24,000 nt of DNA from Actinomycetota bacterium (GTDB taxonomy: Bacteria; Actinomycetota; Thermoleophilia; BMS3ABIN01), in contig JACRMB010000005.1 in NCBI GenBank assembly GCA_016235065.1, positions 246,733-270,732 on the forward strand. Direction: 5' to 3'. Made by a program: the position numbers and the translations under genes. The notes beneath the pieces are model-generated. The model did not search any database and was not told where the DNA came from. It saw nothing but the letters and a program-made list of their open reading frames with translations. Of this stretch, positions 1-8,448 are shown one piece after another. Positions within the stretch are counted from its first letter, which is position 1, and every line of letters begins with the position of its first letter.

Positions 1-1640
1 TCAGATACGGCGGCGTGGTCCAGCCCTGGCAGAACAACTTCGCCGGTATCGGCGCCTTCGACGCTCAGCACCCCGGCTATTCCTGGCCCAGCGCTGAACG
101 GGGCGTGATCGGCCATTATGCCCATCTTTCCTGGTTCATCTATCCGAATCACATCAATGGCTGGTGCAGCAGTTACTGGGATCCCGGCCACGGCAGCAGC
201 CACCGCAACTCGGCCCGCACCCTCAACGACCTCAACGGCCAGTGGGCGGTTCCCGGAGTCGGTTACGGTGACAGACTGGCTAAATATGCTTCCGAGTTCT
301 ATTACTTCACGCCCGGCGGCCACTGGCGCGGCAACTTCAATGAGGTGCCCGGGTCGCCACTGGCGGCACTGGACACCGTTTTCTATTTCCCCTGGTACGA
401 TTCCAGGCCCGGGAACGGCATGGGCGGCAACTGGATAATAGTCGGCAACCAGGGCACCGGCCCCGCCACAGTCGAGATCTGGATCGGCGGTCAGCGGATG
501 AACGACCCGGCCAATCCGGCCAACCAGTTCTTCGTCATCCCTGAGGGCGGCAGGATCACGCCGTCATTCGCAGGGGTGATGGGAGGCCCGGTCAAGGTCG
601 TCTCGCTGACGGGACAGCAGCTCAATGCAGGCCAGAGGGTCATCTACCGCGAGACTTTCAGCGAAGTGCCTGGTACGCCCGCTAGCGGACTCAGCGATTC
701 GCTGGAATTCACCTGGTACGATTCCACCCGGGCAGGCTACATGTTCGGCAACTGGATAATGATCGCCAACATGGGTTCACTGGCGGCCGACGTAGAAGTC
801 TGGATCGGCGACTCGCGAATGGCTGAGTATAAGGCCGCTGCCGGCACCGCCCTCCAGCCTGGAGCCATCGTCACCCCCATGTTCATGGAGACCATGGGTG
901 GCCCGGTCCGGGTCATCTCCACCAACCACCAGCCGCTCATCGCCAGCCAGAGGGTCCTGTATCAGGAAAGCTTCAACGAGGTGATGGGTTACCCGACAGC
1001 CGATCTCGCCAGCCGTTATTTCCTCTCATGGTATGACTCGGAGCATACCAACGGCATGAAGGGCGACTGGCTGGTGATCGCCAACCGGGGTTCTGTGGAC
1101 GCCGATGTGGAGGTTTATGTCGGAGGTATCCAGAAGGCGAGCTATACAACGGCGGGCGGCAACGCGGTCGCTTCCGGCGGCATCGTCGCCCCGTCTTTCA
1201 TGAGCCTTACTGACGGGCCGGTCGAGATAGTCAGCACCAACGGCCAGCCGCTGCTGGTCTCCCAGAGGGTCCTGTTCCGCGACAGCTTCGAGGAAGTCCA
1301 GGGCGTGCCCGATTCCGGCCTGGCCACTGACCAGTACTTCCCCTGGTACGACTCGACTGCCGGGAGTTCCATGGGCGGCGACTGGATCATGGTCACCAAT
1401 CCCGGCCCCGGCACCGCGCGGGTGGAGATCTGGATCGGCGATGTCCTGGTTCACGATCCGGCCCATCCGGGGACACCATATTTTGATATCCCCGACGGTG
1501 GCAACATCACCCCGTCATTCGCGAGCACCATGGGTGGACCAATACGCGTCGTATCTCTCACCGGACAGCCGCTGCTGGCAAGCCAGCGGGTGCTATATAA
1601 ATATAACGTCATCTATTGTGGTAGCGTTCCCTGCGGCTGA
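1..1640 (+). CDS. GH73-like peptidoglycan N-acetylglucosaminidase, 5'-truncated by the window edge, with four C-terminal ~105-aa repeats
   Basis: ORF 15..1640 remains open upstream to nt 3 (..RYGGVVQPW), so the N-terminus lies outside the window. QNNFAGIGA / YAHLSWFIYP / WAVPGVGYG align with SQNNFAGIGA / YAHLAWYAYP / WAVPGTTYG of the downstream paralog. Four tandem repeats start at nt 336. Stop TGA at 1638-1640. Confidence 0.8.
   Translation, partial: RYGGVVQPWQNNFAGIGAFDAQHPGYSWPSAERGVIGHYAHLSWFIYPNHINGWCSSYWDPGHGSSHRNSARTLNDLNGQWAVPGVGYGDRLAKYASEFYYFTPGGHWRGNFNEVPGSPLAALDTVFYFPWYDSRPGNGMGGNWIIVGNQGTGPATVEIWIGGQRMNDPANPANQFFVIPEGGRITPSFAGVMGGPVKVVSLTGQQLNAGQRVIYRETFSEVPGTPASGLSDSLEFTWYDSTRAGYMFGNWIMIANMGSLAADVEVWIGDSRMAEYKAAAGTALQPGAIVTPMFMETMGGPVRVISTNHQPLIASQRVLYQESFNEVMGYPTADLASRYFLSWYDSEHTNGMKGDWLVIANRGSVDADVEVYVGGIQKASYTTAGGNAVASGGIVAPSFMSLTDGPVEIVSTNGQPLLVSQRVLFRDSFEEVQGVPDSGLATDQYFPWYDSTAGSSMGGDWIMVTNPGPGTARVEIWIGDVLVHDPAHPGTPYFDIPDGGNITPSFASTMGGPIRVVSLTGQPLLASQRVLYKYNVIYCGSVPCG
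336..1637 (+). repeat. Four in-frame tandem coding repeats (336-656, 657-971, 972-1286, 1287-1637), each encoding one ~105-107-aa module
   Basis: Each unit begins F-(N/S/E)-E-V-x-G. It contains F-x-WYDS, G-(N/D)-W-(I/L), N-x-G, a V-E-(I/V)-x-(I/V)-G strand and G-P-(V/I), and ends (S/G)-Q-R-V-(L/I)-(Y/F). Boundaries were counted by hand from the translation. Confidence 0.85.
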
Positions 1641-3649
1641 TGAGGCGATTCATGATGGACACACGGATCATTCATTCCAGAAGTAAAAGCGGCTTTTCCG
1701 TAATGAGCTTTATTTTCAGGCCAGCGGGAGCGGCTATCCTGATGGCGCTGGCTACGATAATTGCCTGCGCACTGCTCCTTGGTATCACAACTCCACGCGC
1801 CGAGGCGGTCACGGAAAACGACCAGATCGCCGGGGTCTCCGGCGTCACCGCGGCCCAACTGGAAGCCGAGCTAGCCACTGTCAATCCCAACCATATCCAT
1901 CCGGAGATAGCCCAGCTATATGTCGAGTGGGGCTACCGCTTTGGCATCCGCGCCGATATCGCCTTCGCCCAGATGCTGCTGGAGACAAATTATCTGCGCT
2001 ACTGCGCTTCGTGTGATCCAGCCCACTACGTCCCCGGCGACGTCCATCCGTCACAGAATAATTTCGCCGGAATCGGAGCCACCGGCGGCGGCAATCCTGG
2101 CAATTCTTTCGCCACGGCGGAGCTCGGCGTCATCGCCCAATACGCGCATCTGGCCTGGTACGCCTATCCCGACCATCTGAATGAGTACTGCAATACGATA
2201 TACGACCCACGCCATTTCGGCAGCGGTCATGTCTTCACCGCCCCGATACTGCGCGAGCTGGGAGGCAGATGGGCGGTCCCTGGAACAACCTATGGCCGCG
2301 ACATCGCCCGGCTCGCCAACCAGATCTGGCGCTGGCGTCCGTCGGGCCACGCGCTGGGCAGTTTCAACGAAGTCACAGGCGTTCCGGCCGCAGTTCTGGC
2401 CTCGTCCTTTTATTTTCCCTGGTACGATTCGCTTGCCTCGCACGGCATGGGAGGCAACTGGATCCTGGTCGGCAACCAGGGTAGTGGTGAGGCGCGGGTC
2501 GAGATCAGGATCGGCGATTCCCTGATGCGCGACCCGGCCAATCCCGGCAACGAGTTTTTCACCATCCCTGAGGGCGGCCAGATCACGCCCGCCTTCCCCA
2601 ACGTCATGGATGGACCTGTGATGGTCATCTGCACGACCGGTCAACCGCTGATCACCAGTCAGCGGGTGCTCTACCGCGACTCGTTCAGCGAAGTCCCCGG
2701 GACACCCGTGCACAGGCTTTCGGAATCCTATGAGTTCACCTGGTATGATTCGCTACCGCAGAACGGCATGGGCGGTAACTGGATACTAGTGGCCAACCCT
2801 GGCCTCGCCGCCGCCGACGTGGAGATCCTTGTCGACGGGGAAGTGAAGGCCGCGTATAAAGCCGAATATGGCAACGCCCTGGCCCCCGGCGATATTGTGA
2901 CTCCGTATTTCCCAAACCTGGCTGCAGGGCCGGTGCTCGTGCGCTCGACCAACCATCAGCAGCTGATCGCCAGCCAGCGCGTCGTTTATCGCAACAGTTT
3001 CAATGAGGTCATGGGCTTCCCGACCGGACTGCTGGCGAGTGATTTCAGCTTCGCCTGGTATGATTCCGAACCTGCGAACGGCATGGGCGGCGACTGGCTG
3101 ATGGTGACCAACCGCGGCAGCCTGCCGGCCGATGTCGATATCTATGTGGGCGGCGTTCTCAGGGCTAGATACAGCGCCGTGGCTGGCAACCCGATCCTGC
3201 CCGGAGAAATGGTCTCGCCGACGTTCCCCCATCTGACCGCAGGACCGGTGCGGGCGATCTGCTCCAACGGCCAGCCGATCATGGCGTCTCAGCGGGTTGT
3301 ATACCGCGAGAGCTTCGAGGAAGTGCAGGGGACGCTTCCTGCCGACCTTTCAGACAATCACTTCTTTACCTGGTACGATTCAACCCTCTTCGATTACATG
3401 TGGGGAGACTGGCTCATGATCTCCAACCTCGGAAGCGGCACTGCGACGGTGGAGATCTATACCGGAGAAATCAGGATGCATGACCAGCAGCATCCCGGCT
3501 ACACTTACTTCACGATTCCGGAAGGCGGCACCATCACCCCCTACTTCTGGAATCACAAGGGCGGTCCCATCAGGATCGTCTCCACCACTGGCCAGCCATT
3601 GTTGACCAGTCAGCGAGTTCTTTACAAGGAAGGTCTCACGAGGTGGTAG
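1640..3649 (+). CDS. Secreted GH73-like peptidoglycan N-acetylglucosaminidase with four C-terminal ~105-aa repeats (full-length paralog)
   Basis: The N-terminus has a hydrophobic signal or anchor (AAILMALATIIACALLLGITTPRAEA/VT, an AXA-type site). FAQMLLETNYL provides the GH73-type catalytic Glu context; QNNFAGIGA and WAVPGTTYG follow. ATG 1640-1642 overlaps the upstream stop (TGATG). Alternative starts exist at internal Met codons up to nt 1703. Confidence 0.85.
   Translation: MRRFMMDTRIIHSRSKSGFSVMSFIFRPAGAAILMALATIIACALLLGITTPRAEAVTENDQIAGVSGVTAAQLEAELATVNPNHIHPEIAQLYVEWGYRFGIRADIAFAQMLLETNYLRYCASCDPAHYVPGDVHPSQNNFAGIGATGGGNPGNSFATAELGVIAQYAHLAWYAYPDHLNEYCNTIYDPRHFGSGHVFTAPILRELGGRWAVPGTTYGRDIARLANQIWRWRPSGHALGSFNEVTGVPAAVLASSFYFPWYDSLASHGMGGNWILVGNQGSGEARVEIRIGDSLMRDPANPGNEFFTIPEGGQITPAFPNVMDGPVMVICTTGQPLITSQRVLYRDSFSEVPGTPVHRLSESYEFTWYDSLPQNGMGGNWILVANPGLAAADVEILVDGEVKAAYKAEYGNALAPGDIVTPYFPNLAAGPVLVRSTNHQQLIASQRVVYRNSFNEVMGFPTGLLASDFSFAWYDSEPANGMGGDWLMVTNRGSLPADVDIYVGGVLRARYSAVAGNPILPGEMVSPTFPHLTAGPVRAICSNGQPIMASQRVVYRESFEEVQGTLPADLSDNHFFTWYDSTLFDYMWGDWLMISNLGSGTATVEIYTGEIRMHDQQHPGYTYFTIPEGGTITPYFWNHKGGPIRIVSTTGQPLLTSQRVLYKEGLTRW
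2363..3646 (+). repeat. Four in-frame tandem coding repeats (2363-2683, 2684-2998, 2999-3313, 3314-3646), colinear with the repeats of the upstream paralog
   Basis: Same motif skeleton as 336-1637. Repeat n here is most similar to repeat n of the upstream gene. Confidence 0.85.
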
Positions 3650-3653
3650 CTCG

Positions 3654-3727
3654 GGCGGGACGGGTTGTTCCCGCCGCAGCGTTTGCCGAAGGCGCAGTCA
3701 GTGGAGGCAGGAACAACCCGTCCCGCC
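3654..3727. terminator. Inverted duplication of an 18-nt GC-rich sequence between convergent genes; putative bidirectional terminator
   Basis: ggcgggacgggttgttcc (3654-3671) is the exact reverse complement of 3710-3727. Local hairpins are possible on each strand: + strand GGCGGGA(3654-3660)/TCCCGCC(3669-3675); - strand GGCAGG/CCTGCC (3726-3731 / 3706-3711). The U-tracts are weak. Confidence 0.4.
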
Positions 3728-3733
3728 TGCCTG

Positions 3734-4612
3734 TCACCTGCCCGGCTCGATGTGGATGATCACATCCGTCTCTTCCCCGAAGAAATTCTTCAGCCGCCGT
3801 TCCACGTGTGAGGCGATATCGTGTGAACGCCTGGTGGTGATGTCGGGCTCCACCAGCAGATGCAGGTCTATCCAGTAACCTGCCTCGCTGCCGCGGGTGC
3901 GTATCTTGTGACAGCCGAGGATCTCCTCCTCGCCGCCGCTTAAACAGATCTCCTCGATCTGCTTTGGGTCGACCACAGCGCGGTCGAGCAGCACAAAGGA
4001 GGCTTCCTTCATGATCCTGAATGCCGCGTAGGCGATTACCAGGGCGATGGCGCCGCCCACGAACGCGTCCACCATCGGGTAGCCCAGGCGCACGGCCACA
4101 AGGCTGCCGATGACCGACAGCGAGACGAAGACATCGCTCATGGTGTGACGGGAATCCGCGACCAGGAAGACGCTGGACAGTTTCTTCCCCTGATTTCGCT
4201 CGTATAGGCTGACGCTGATGTTGACAGCGATGGTCACACCCATGACCACGAATGCCAGGGTGCCGATCTCGGGTACGCTGGGATTTTCCGCGGTCAGCCT
4301 GCCGTAGACGCTCTCGCCGATCTGCAGTGCCGTTATCAGCAGGAGCAGCACGATGCCCATGCTGGCGAAAGTCTCGAACTTGGAGTGGCCGTATGAATGG
4401 TCTTCATCCCTGGGGCGGGAGGCCAGGCTGATGCCGATAAGACCGATGATGTTGGATGAGCCGTCCATCAGGGAGTGGAAGGCGTCGGCGACCATGCCGA
4501 TCGAGCCGTCCATCCAGCCGACCACGCCCTTCCCCAGTGCTACCGCCACATTGGCGAAGAGTACATAGATGAGCACCCGGCGGATCCGGTGATAACGATC
4601 AAGGCTGCTCAT
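3734..4612 (-). CDS. Cation diffusion facilitator (CDF) family divalent-metal efflux transporter
   Basis: DAFHSLMD (TM2 metal site) and SRHTMSD (TM5 H-x3-D), six hydrophobic segments and a C-terminal cytoplasmic domain. ATG 4612 overlaps the upstream stop (ATGA). Confidence 0.9.
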   Translation of the reverse strand: MSSLDRYHRIRRVLIYVLFANVAVALGKGVVGWMDGSIGMVADAFHSLMDGSSNIIGLIGISLASRPRDEDHSYGHSKFETFASMGIVLLLLITALQIGESVYGRLTAENPSVPEIGTLAFVVMGVTIAVNISVSLYERNQGKKLSSVFLVADSRHTMSDVFVSLSVIGSLVAVRLGYPMVDAFVGGAIALVIAYAAFRIMKEASFVLLDRAVVDPKQIEEICLSGGEEEILGCHKIRTRGSEAGYWIDLHLLVEPDITTRRSHDIASHVERRLKNFFGEETDVIIHIEPGR

Positions 4613-5883
4613 CCCCGCCGGCCCAGTCTGGAAAGCGCACCCGCCCCCAGAAGCATGACTGCGGCTGCAGCTATTAGTGGCGACTTACCTTTCCCTTGCC
4701 GGTCAAGGGAAGCATTATCTGGCAGGTATTCCTGGAATCTCTGTCCCCAGGTGGATTCGGCGATGCGGTTGAGACGACGCCAGCCGATCCACGGATACCA
4801 GATGTTATCCCGGCAGAACCTGCCAAGCGGAGCAGAAAATGACCGGCAGACATTTTCGAACCTGCTTTCCAGGCCTCCATAAGGACCGCGAAAACGGAAG
4901 TCGATGGCGGCAAAGGCATCGCCGCCGCCGTGCGGTGAGCTGCCGACGTGCGGTGAGCTGCCGACGTTGGTGTGCGGCGAACCGCTGGTGTCTCCTGCTG
5001 CCGGCTTCATGCCAGCTCCCGGCTCATCATCCTCACCTATGACTACAACATCGATACCAGCGGTATCGGCGCAACCCAGGCCTCGTTCGTGCGCCAGGCG
5101 AATATGGCTGATCGATAATGGCTCCAGACCCATCATTCGCGCAATCACAGCATCGACAGCAACCGGATCCGCACCGGCTGCGATATAGCCCTTCTCATAA
5201 GGCGTCAGATAATACGGCCCGGGGCCGTCGCCGCAAAATACCCCATCGCTGACGGCAAACAGTCCCTCGTGCAGCTCAAGCTGCAGCGCCAGCAGATCGA
5301 CCAGCAGCTCATCGGGCGATTCGGCCGCAGCCAGGCGCAGATTCTCGTTCTCCCTAAGGAACGCCGACAGGGCGTTTTCCACGGCGCCAGCGATGACGCC
5401 CCTGGCGCTGGTCTTCATGGTAGGAAGATGGATCATGTTGCTGCCAGGAAAAAAATCGGGCACCAGGATGCCGTCGCCACAATATCTGCCCAGAACCGCC
5501 AGCTCCGCCTGTGGCTCATATCGCACCCATTCAACCGGCGGCTCTTCCAGGCAGGTGATGCCGAGGCCGGCACGCTCCGCTGCGACAGTAAGGCCGTTGT
5601 TGCGTTCCCCCCTGCGGGGATCGATATGGCCACAACCGCTCTCAACAGGCCGGATGGAAGCCGCGTCGAAACCGTCTTCGAGCATAGTCCTGGCGACTCC
5701 CTCCAGCTGCCAGGGAGCTGTAGAGCATCCAGGGTACCAGAGGTCCCAGGGAATATTTATATTCAGGACGGTATCGCGGCCAGGCTTTACCGTCTCAGCA
5801 TATCCGGCCGTGCGGAGCAGGTAGCCATAATCCTCGACTACAGTCTCCGGACTGGTCTTCATCACTGTCACCCGAGCGTTCAT
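4609..5883 (-). CDS. DUF362-domain protein with a C-terminal extension and a predicted C-terminal transmembrane anchor
   Basis: Typical DUF362 features are present: a VTVMKTSPE start and ADPVAVDAVIARMMGLEPLSISHIRLAHERGLG...IDVV. The tail ends in GKSPLIAAAAVMLLGAGAL. I prefer ATG 5883, 4 nt after the recN stop, over the ORF maximum at 5937, which would overlap recN by 50 nt. Confidence 0.75.
   Translation of the reverse strand: MNARVTVMKTSPETVVEDYGYLLRTAGYAETVKPGRDTVLNINIPWDLWYPGCSTAPWQLEGVARTMLEDGFDAASIRPVESGCGHIDPRRGERNNGLTVAAERAGLGITCLEEPPVEWVRYEPQAELAVLGRYCGDGILVPDFFPGSNMIHLPTMKTSARGVIAGAVENALSAFLRENENLRLAAAESPDELLVDLLALQLELHEGLFAVSDGVFCGDGPGPYYLTPYEKGYIAAGADPVAVDAVIARMMGLEPLSISHIRLAHERGLGCADTAGIDVVVIGEDDEPGAGMKPAAGDTSGSPHTNVGSSPHVGSSPHGGGDAFAAIDFRFRGPYGGLESRFENVCRSFSAPLGRFCRDNIWYPWIGWRRLNRIAESTWGQRFQEYLPDNASLDRQGKGKSPLIAAAAVMLLGAGALSRLGRRG
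4930..4965. repeat. 18-bp perfect tandem duplication inside the DUF362 gene
   Basis: gtgcggtgagctgccgac occurs at 4930-4947 and 4948-4965, followed by a degenerate third copy. It is in frame (6 codons) and encodes VGSSPH VGSSPH on the minus strand. Confidence 0.85.
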
Positions 5884-5887
5884 CACT

Positions 5888-7633
5888 TCACCGCTTTCGT
5901 CCCAGCAGCGCCATGGCATGGCCGCGTGCTTTCGCATCTTCCGGCTTCGAACCCATCATCCGGCACAGCTCGTCCACAACAGCATCACCTTCAAGCCGCT
6001 CGACTATGGTGGTGGTGCTGCCGCCATCAGAATTCTTTACCACACGGAAACCGGCATCGGCGCAGGCGGCGATCTGCGGAAGATGGGTTATGCAGATAAT
6101 CTGGGCGTTACCGGCCAGGCTCTTCAGCTTTGCACCGACAGCGGAACCGGTCTCGCCGCCGATGCCGGCGTCGATCTCATCGAAGACCAGGGTCGTCGTC
6201 TCCCGGTTGTCAGAGACTGCGCTTTTGATAGCAAGCATGATGCGTGACATCTCTCCGCCTGAAGCCGTCTCGCTCAGAGGCGTCGCCGGCATGCCGGGAT
6301 TGAGCCTCACGAAGAATTCGACGGAATCGGCGCCGTTCCTAGCAAGCGGCGAGACATCCGTGAGCCGCACCTCAAAACCGCAATCGTGGAATGCCAGTTC
6401 ACGCATATGCTGTCCGGCTTCTTCCTCGAGGCGCAAGGCAGCTTCGCGCCTGAGCCCAGTCATCTTCCCGCCAAGGTCAAGCAGTTCGGCGCCTGCTTCA
6501 GCGATCTTTTTTTCCAGAGCCGGCCGCCCTTCGGCCACGCCGGTCAAAAGTGAAAGCCTCTCCCCCGCTTCACGGGCGTATGCCAGGATATCGCCGATAC
6601 CGCCAGCTGTGCCGCTCGTGTTTGCGGAACCGGAGCTGGAACTCTCTTTACTGGTACTCATGCCCGCGCTCGTGCCACCGCCATATTTCCTCCTGAGCTG
6701 CCCGATCAGATCGAGCCGTTCTTCGATCACAGCCAGCCGCTCAGGATCGTCCTGCACTCCTTCAGTATAATCGCGGGCGGCGCGTCCGGCTTCTTCCAGT
6801 TCATAGAAACTTTTTTGCAGCCGCTCGGTTATTTCGTCCAGCGTACTATCGACACCAGCCGTGCCTTCAAGCCTGGCGATGGCCTGGGAAAGAGAGTCAA
6901 GCAGGCTCTCACCACCCTCGCCACCAGCAAGCGTAGCTGCGAGGTCGCCGCTGGCTTCACGCAGTTCACGGGAACCGAGGAGCCGGCGGCGCTCATCATC
7001 AAGCTGCTCGTCCTCGGCTTCTGCAAGTCCAGCCGCTTCGATCTCATCCAGCTGAAAACGCAGCAGTTCAGCCTCGCGCGACTGTGCATCTTTATCCCTG
7101 GCTATCTCCTCCAGCTGCGCCATCATCTCCTCGCGTTGGTCGAACAGCAGCCGGAACTCATCGAGCAGCGCCGCCAGCTCCGTACCGGTGAAATCGTCGA
7201 GTATATCAAGCTGCCGCGAAGACATCATCAGCCGCTGCTGTTCATGCTGCGCTGAAAACGCCAGCAGCCTGCCGGTCAGTTCCCCTAGGATGCCAAGCGT
7301 GACCGTGCGGCCGCTGAGATAGGCGCGGCTTCTGCCATCTTTGGAAATACGGCGGCGGACCGCGAGCAGTTCGCCTTCGGGAATATCGAACTTGCTCTCA
7401 AGGTCGATGAAACATCCTTCTGGCACTGAGAAAACAGCCTCCACGGAAGCTTCGTCGGCTCCAGGCCTGATGAAACCGCTGTCGGCGCGGGCGCCAAGAA
7501 GAAGGGAGATGGCATGAGCGAGGATGGTCTTGCCCGCGCCGGTCTCGCCTGAGATCACATTGAGGCCCGGCTCGAACATCAGGTCGGCCGAATCGATGAC
7601 CGCCAGGTTTTCGATGTGGAGTTCCCGGAGCAA
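5888..7633 (-). CDS. recN: DNA repair protein RecN
   Basis: N-terminus MLRELHIENLAVIDSADLMFEPGLNVISGETGAGKTIL (Walker A), a long coiled-coil middle, and C-terminal SGGEMSRIMLA...LVFDEIDAGIGG (signature and Walker B). TTG start at 7631-7633. Confidence 0.95.
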   Translation of the reverse strand: MLRELHIENLAVIDSADLMFEPGLNVISGETGAGKTILAHAISLLLGARADSGFIRPGADEASVEAVFSVPEGCFIDLESKFDIPEGELLAVRRRISKDGRSRAYLSGRTVTLGILGELTGRLLAFSAQHEQQRLMMSSRQLDILDDFTGTELAALLDEFRLLFDQREEMMAQLEEIARDKDAQSREAELLRFQLDEIEAAGLAEAEDEQLDDERRRLLGSRELREASGDLAATLAGGEGGESLLDSLSQAIARLEGTAGVDSTLDEITERLQKSFYELEEAGRAARDYTEGVQDDPERLAVIEERLDLIGQLRRKYGGGTSAGMSTSKESSSSGSANTSGTAGGIGDILAYAREAGERLSLLTGVAEGRPALEKKIAEAGAELLDLGGKMTGLRREAALRLEEEAGQHMRELAFHDCGFEVRLTDVSPLARNGADSVEFFVRLNPGMPATPLSETASGGEMSRIMLAIKSAVSDNRETTTLVFDEIDAGIGGETGSAVGAKLKSLAGNAQIICITHLPQIAACADAGFRVVKNSDGGSTTTIVERLEGDAVVDELCRMMGSKPEDAKARGHAMALLGRKR

Positions 7634-7650
7634 GAGCGTCTGCCCCAGCC

Positions 7651-8448
7651 TCAGCCGGTCGGCTGGATGAACCGGTCGCGCAGGGTACGGTAGAAATCCG
7701 CCCCGGGCGGCTGGACAAGATGGGCTTTTTGCGGCGCCATTGAGAGTCTGAGGGAGGCGCCTGGTTCCAGGAGGCCACCGTTCCGTCCATCCACATAGAC
7801 CGCAGCAGAAACGCCGATTGTATCATTGCGGATACTCAGGCTCTCCCGAGGCCCGAAGACCATGGCGCGAAACTGAAGGGTGTGGGGCGCGATCGCCGTC
7901 AGCACCATGGCGTCCAGGGATAGCGATACGAGTGGCCCGCCATTGGAAAGGTTATAGGCAGTCGATCCTGCGGGCGTCGAAAACACCATGCCGTCGCAGC
8001 TCAGAGGCGCGAACTCGATGCCGCCGATGCCATAGGCCAGCCTGATCACCGAGCCGCCGTCGGGCTTATGCACCACGATGTCATTGATGGCCAGCTCCCG
8101 CAGGCCGCCATTTTCCATTGCGATCAGGGAAAGGTCGAGGATCTCGTGGCTGCCTTCCAGCAGGACGCGCAATCCTTCAGGGATCGCCTCCGGACCGATG
8201 GCTGAAAGGAAGCCGACGCGGCCGAAGTTGACGCCGAGTACCGGCGTACCCATGCCGGCGAAGCGGTTGAATGCCCTGAGGATGGTGCCGTCACCGCCGA
8301 GGGCGACACAGAGATCGACCTGTGAGCCGTCCAGCTTCGGAACGACAGTAGCGAGGCTTCCCGCATCTTCCAGGGAATATTTTTCCACTTCCCGCTCGGG
8401 AAGGATGACTTCGATGGAGAGCTCGCTGCAGAGTTCGAGGACCTGCAT
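7651..8448 (-). CDS. nadK: NAD+ kinase; the true N-terminus is probably ~20 codons further upstream
   Basis: GGDGTILRA, PVLGVNFGRVGFL and TPAGSTAYNLS motifs. The frame stays open upstream to the tlyA stop and encodes ..VTRIAVISHRQSAATRDAL before the first ATG. Confidence 0.9.
   Translation of the reverse strand: MQVLELCSELSIEVILPEREVEKYSLEDAGSLATVVPKLDGSQVDLCVALGGDGTILRAFNRFAGMGTPVLGVNFGRVGFLSAIGPEAIPEGLRVLLEGSHEILDLSLIAMENGGLRELAINDIVVHKPDGGSVIRLAYGIGGIEFAPLSCDGMVFSTPAGSTAYNLSNGGPLVSLSLDAMVLTAIAPHTLQFRAMVFGPRESLSIRNDTIGVSAAVYVDGRNGGLLEPGASLRLSMAPQKAHLVQPPGADFYRTLRDRFIQPTG

Noticed and set aside
6620-6720. Ser/Gly/Thr-rich low-complexity insertion in RecN (..GGGTSAGMSTSKESSSSGSANTSGTAGGIGD..), considered as a possible frameshift or foreign insert.
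   Set aside because: The frame is continuous, with conserved RecN sequence on both sides. The segment lies in the variable coiled-coil/hinge region, where length variation is common.
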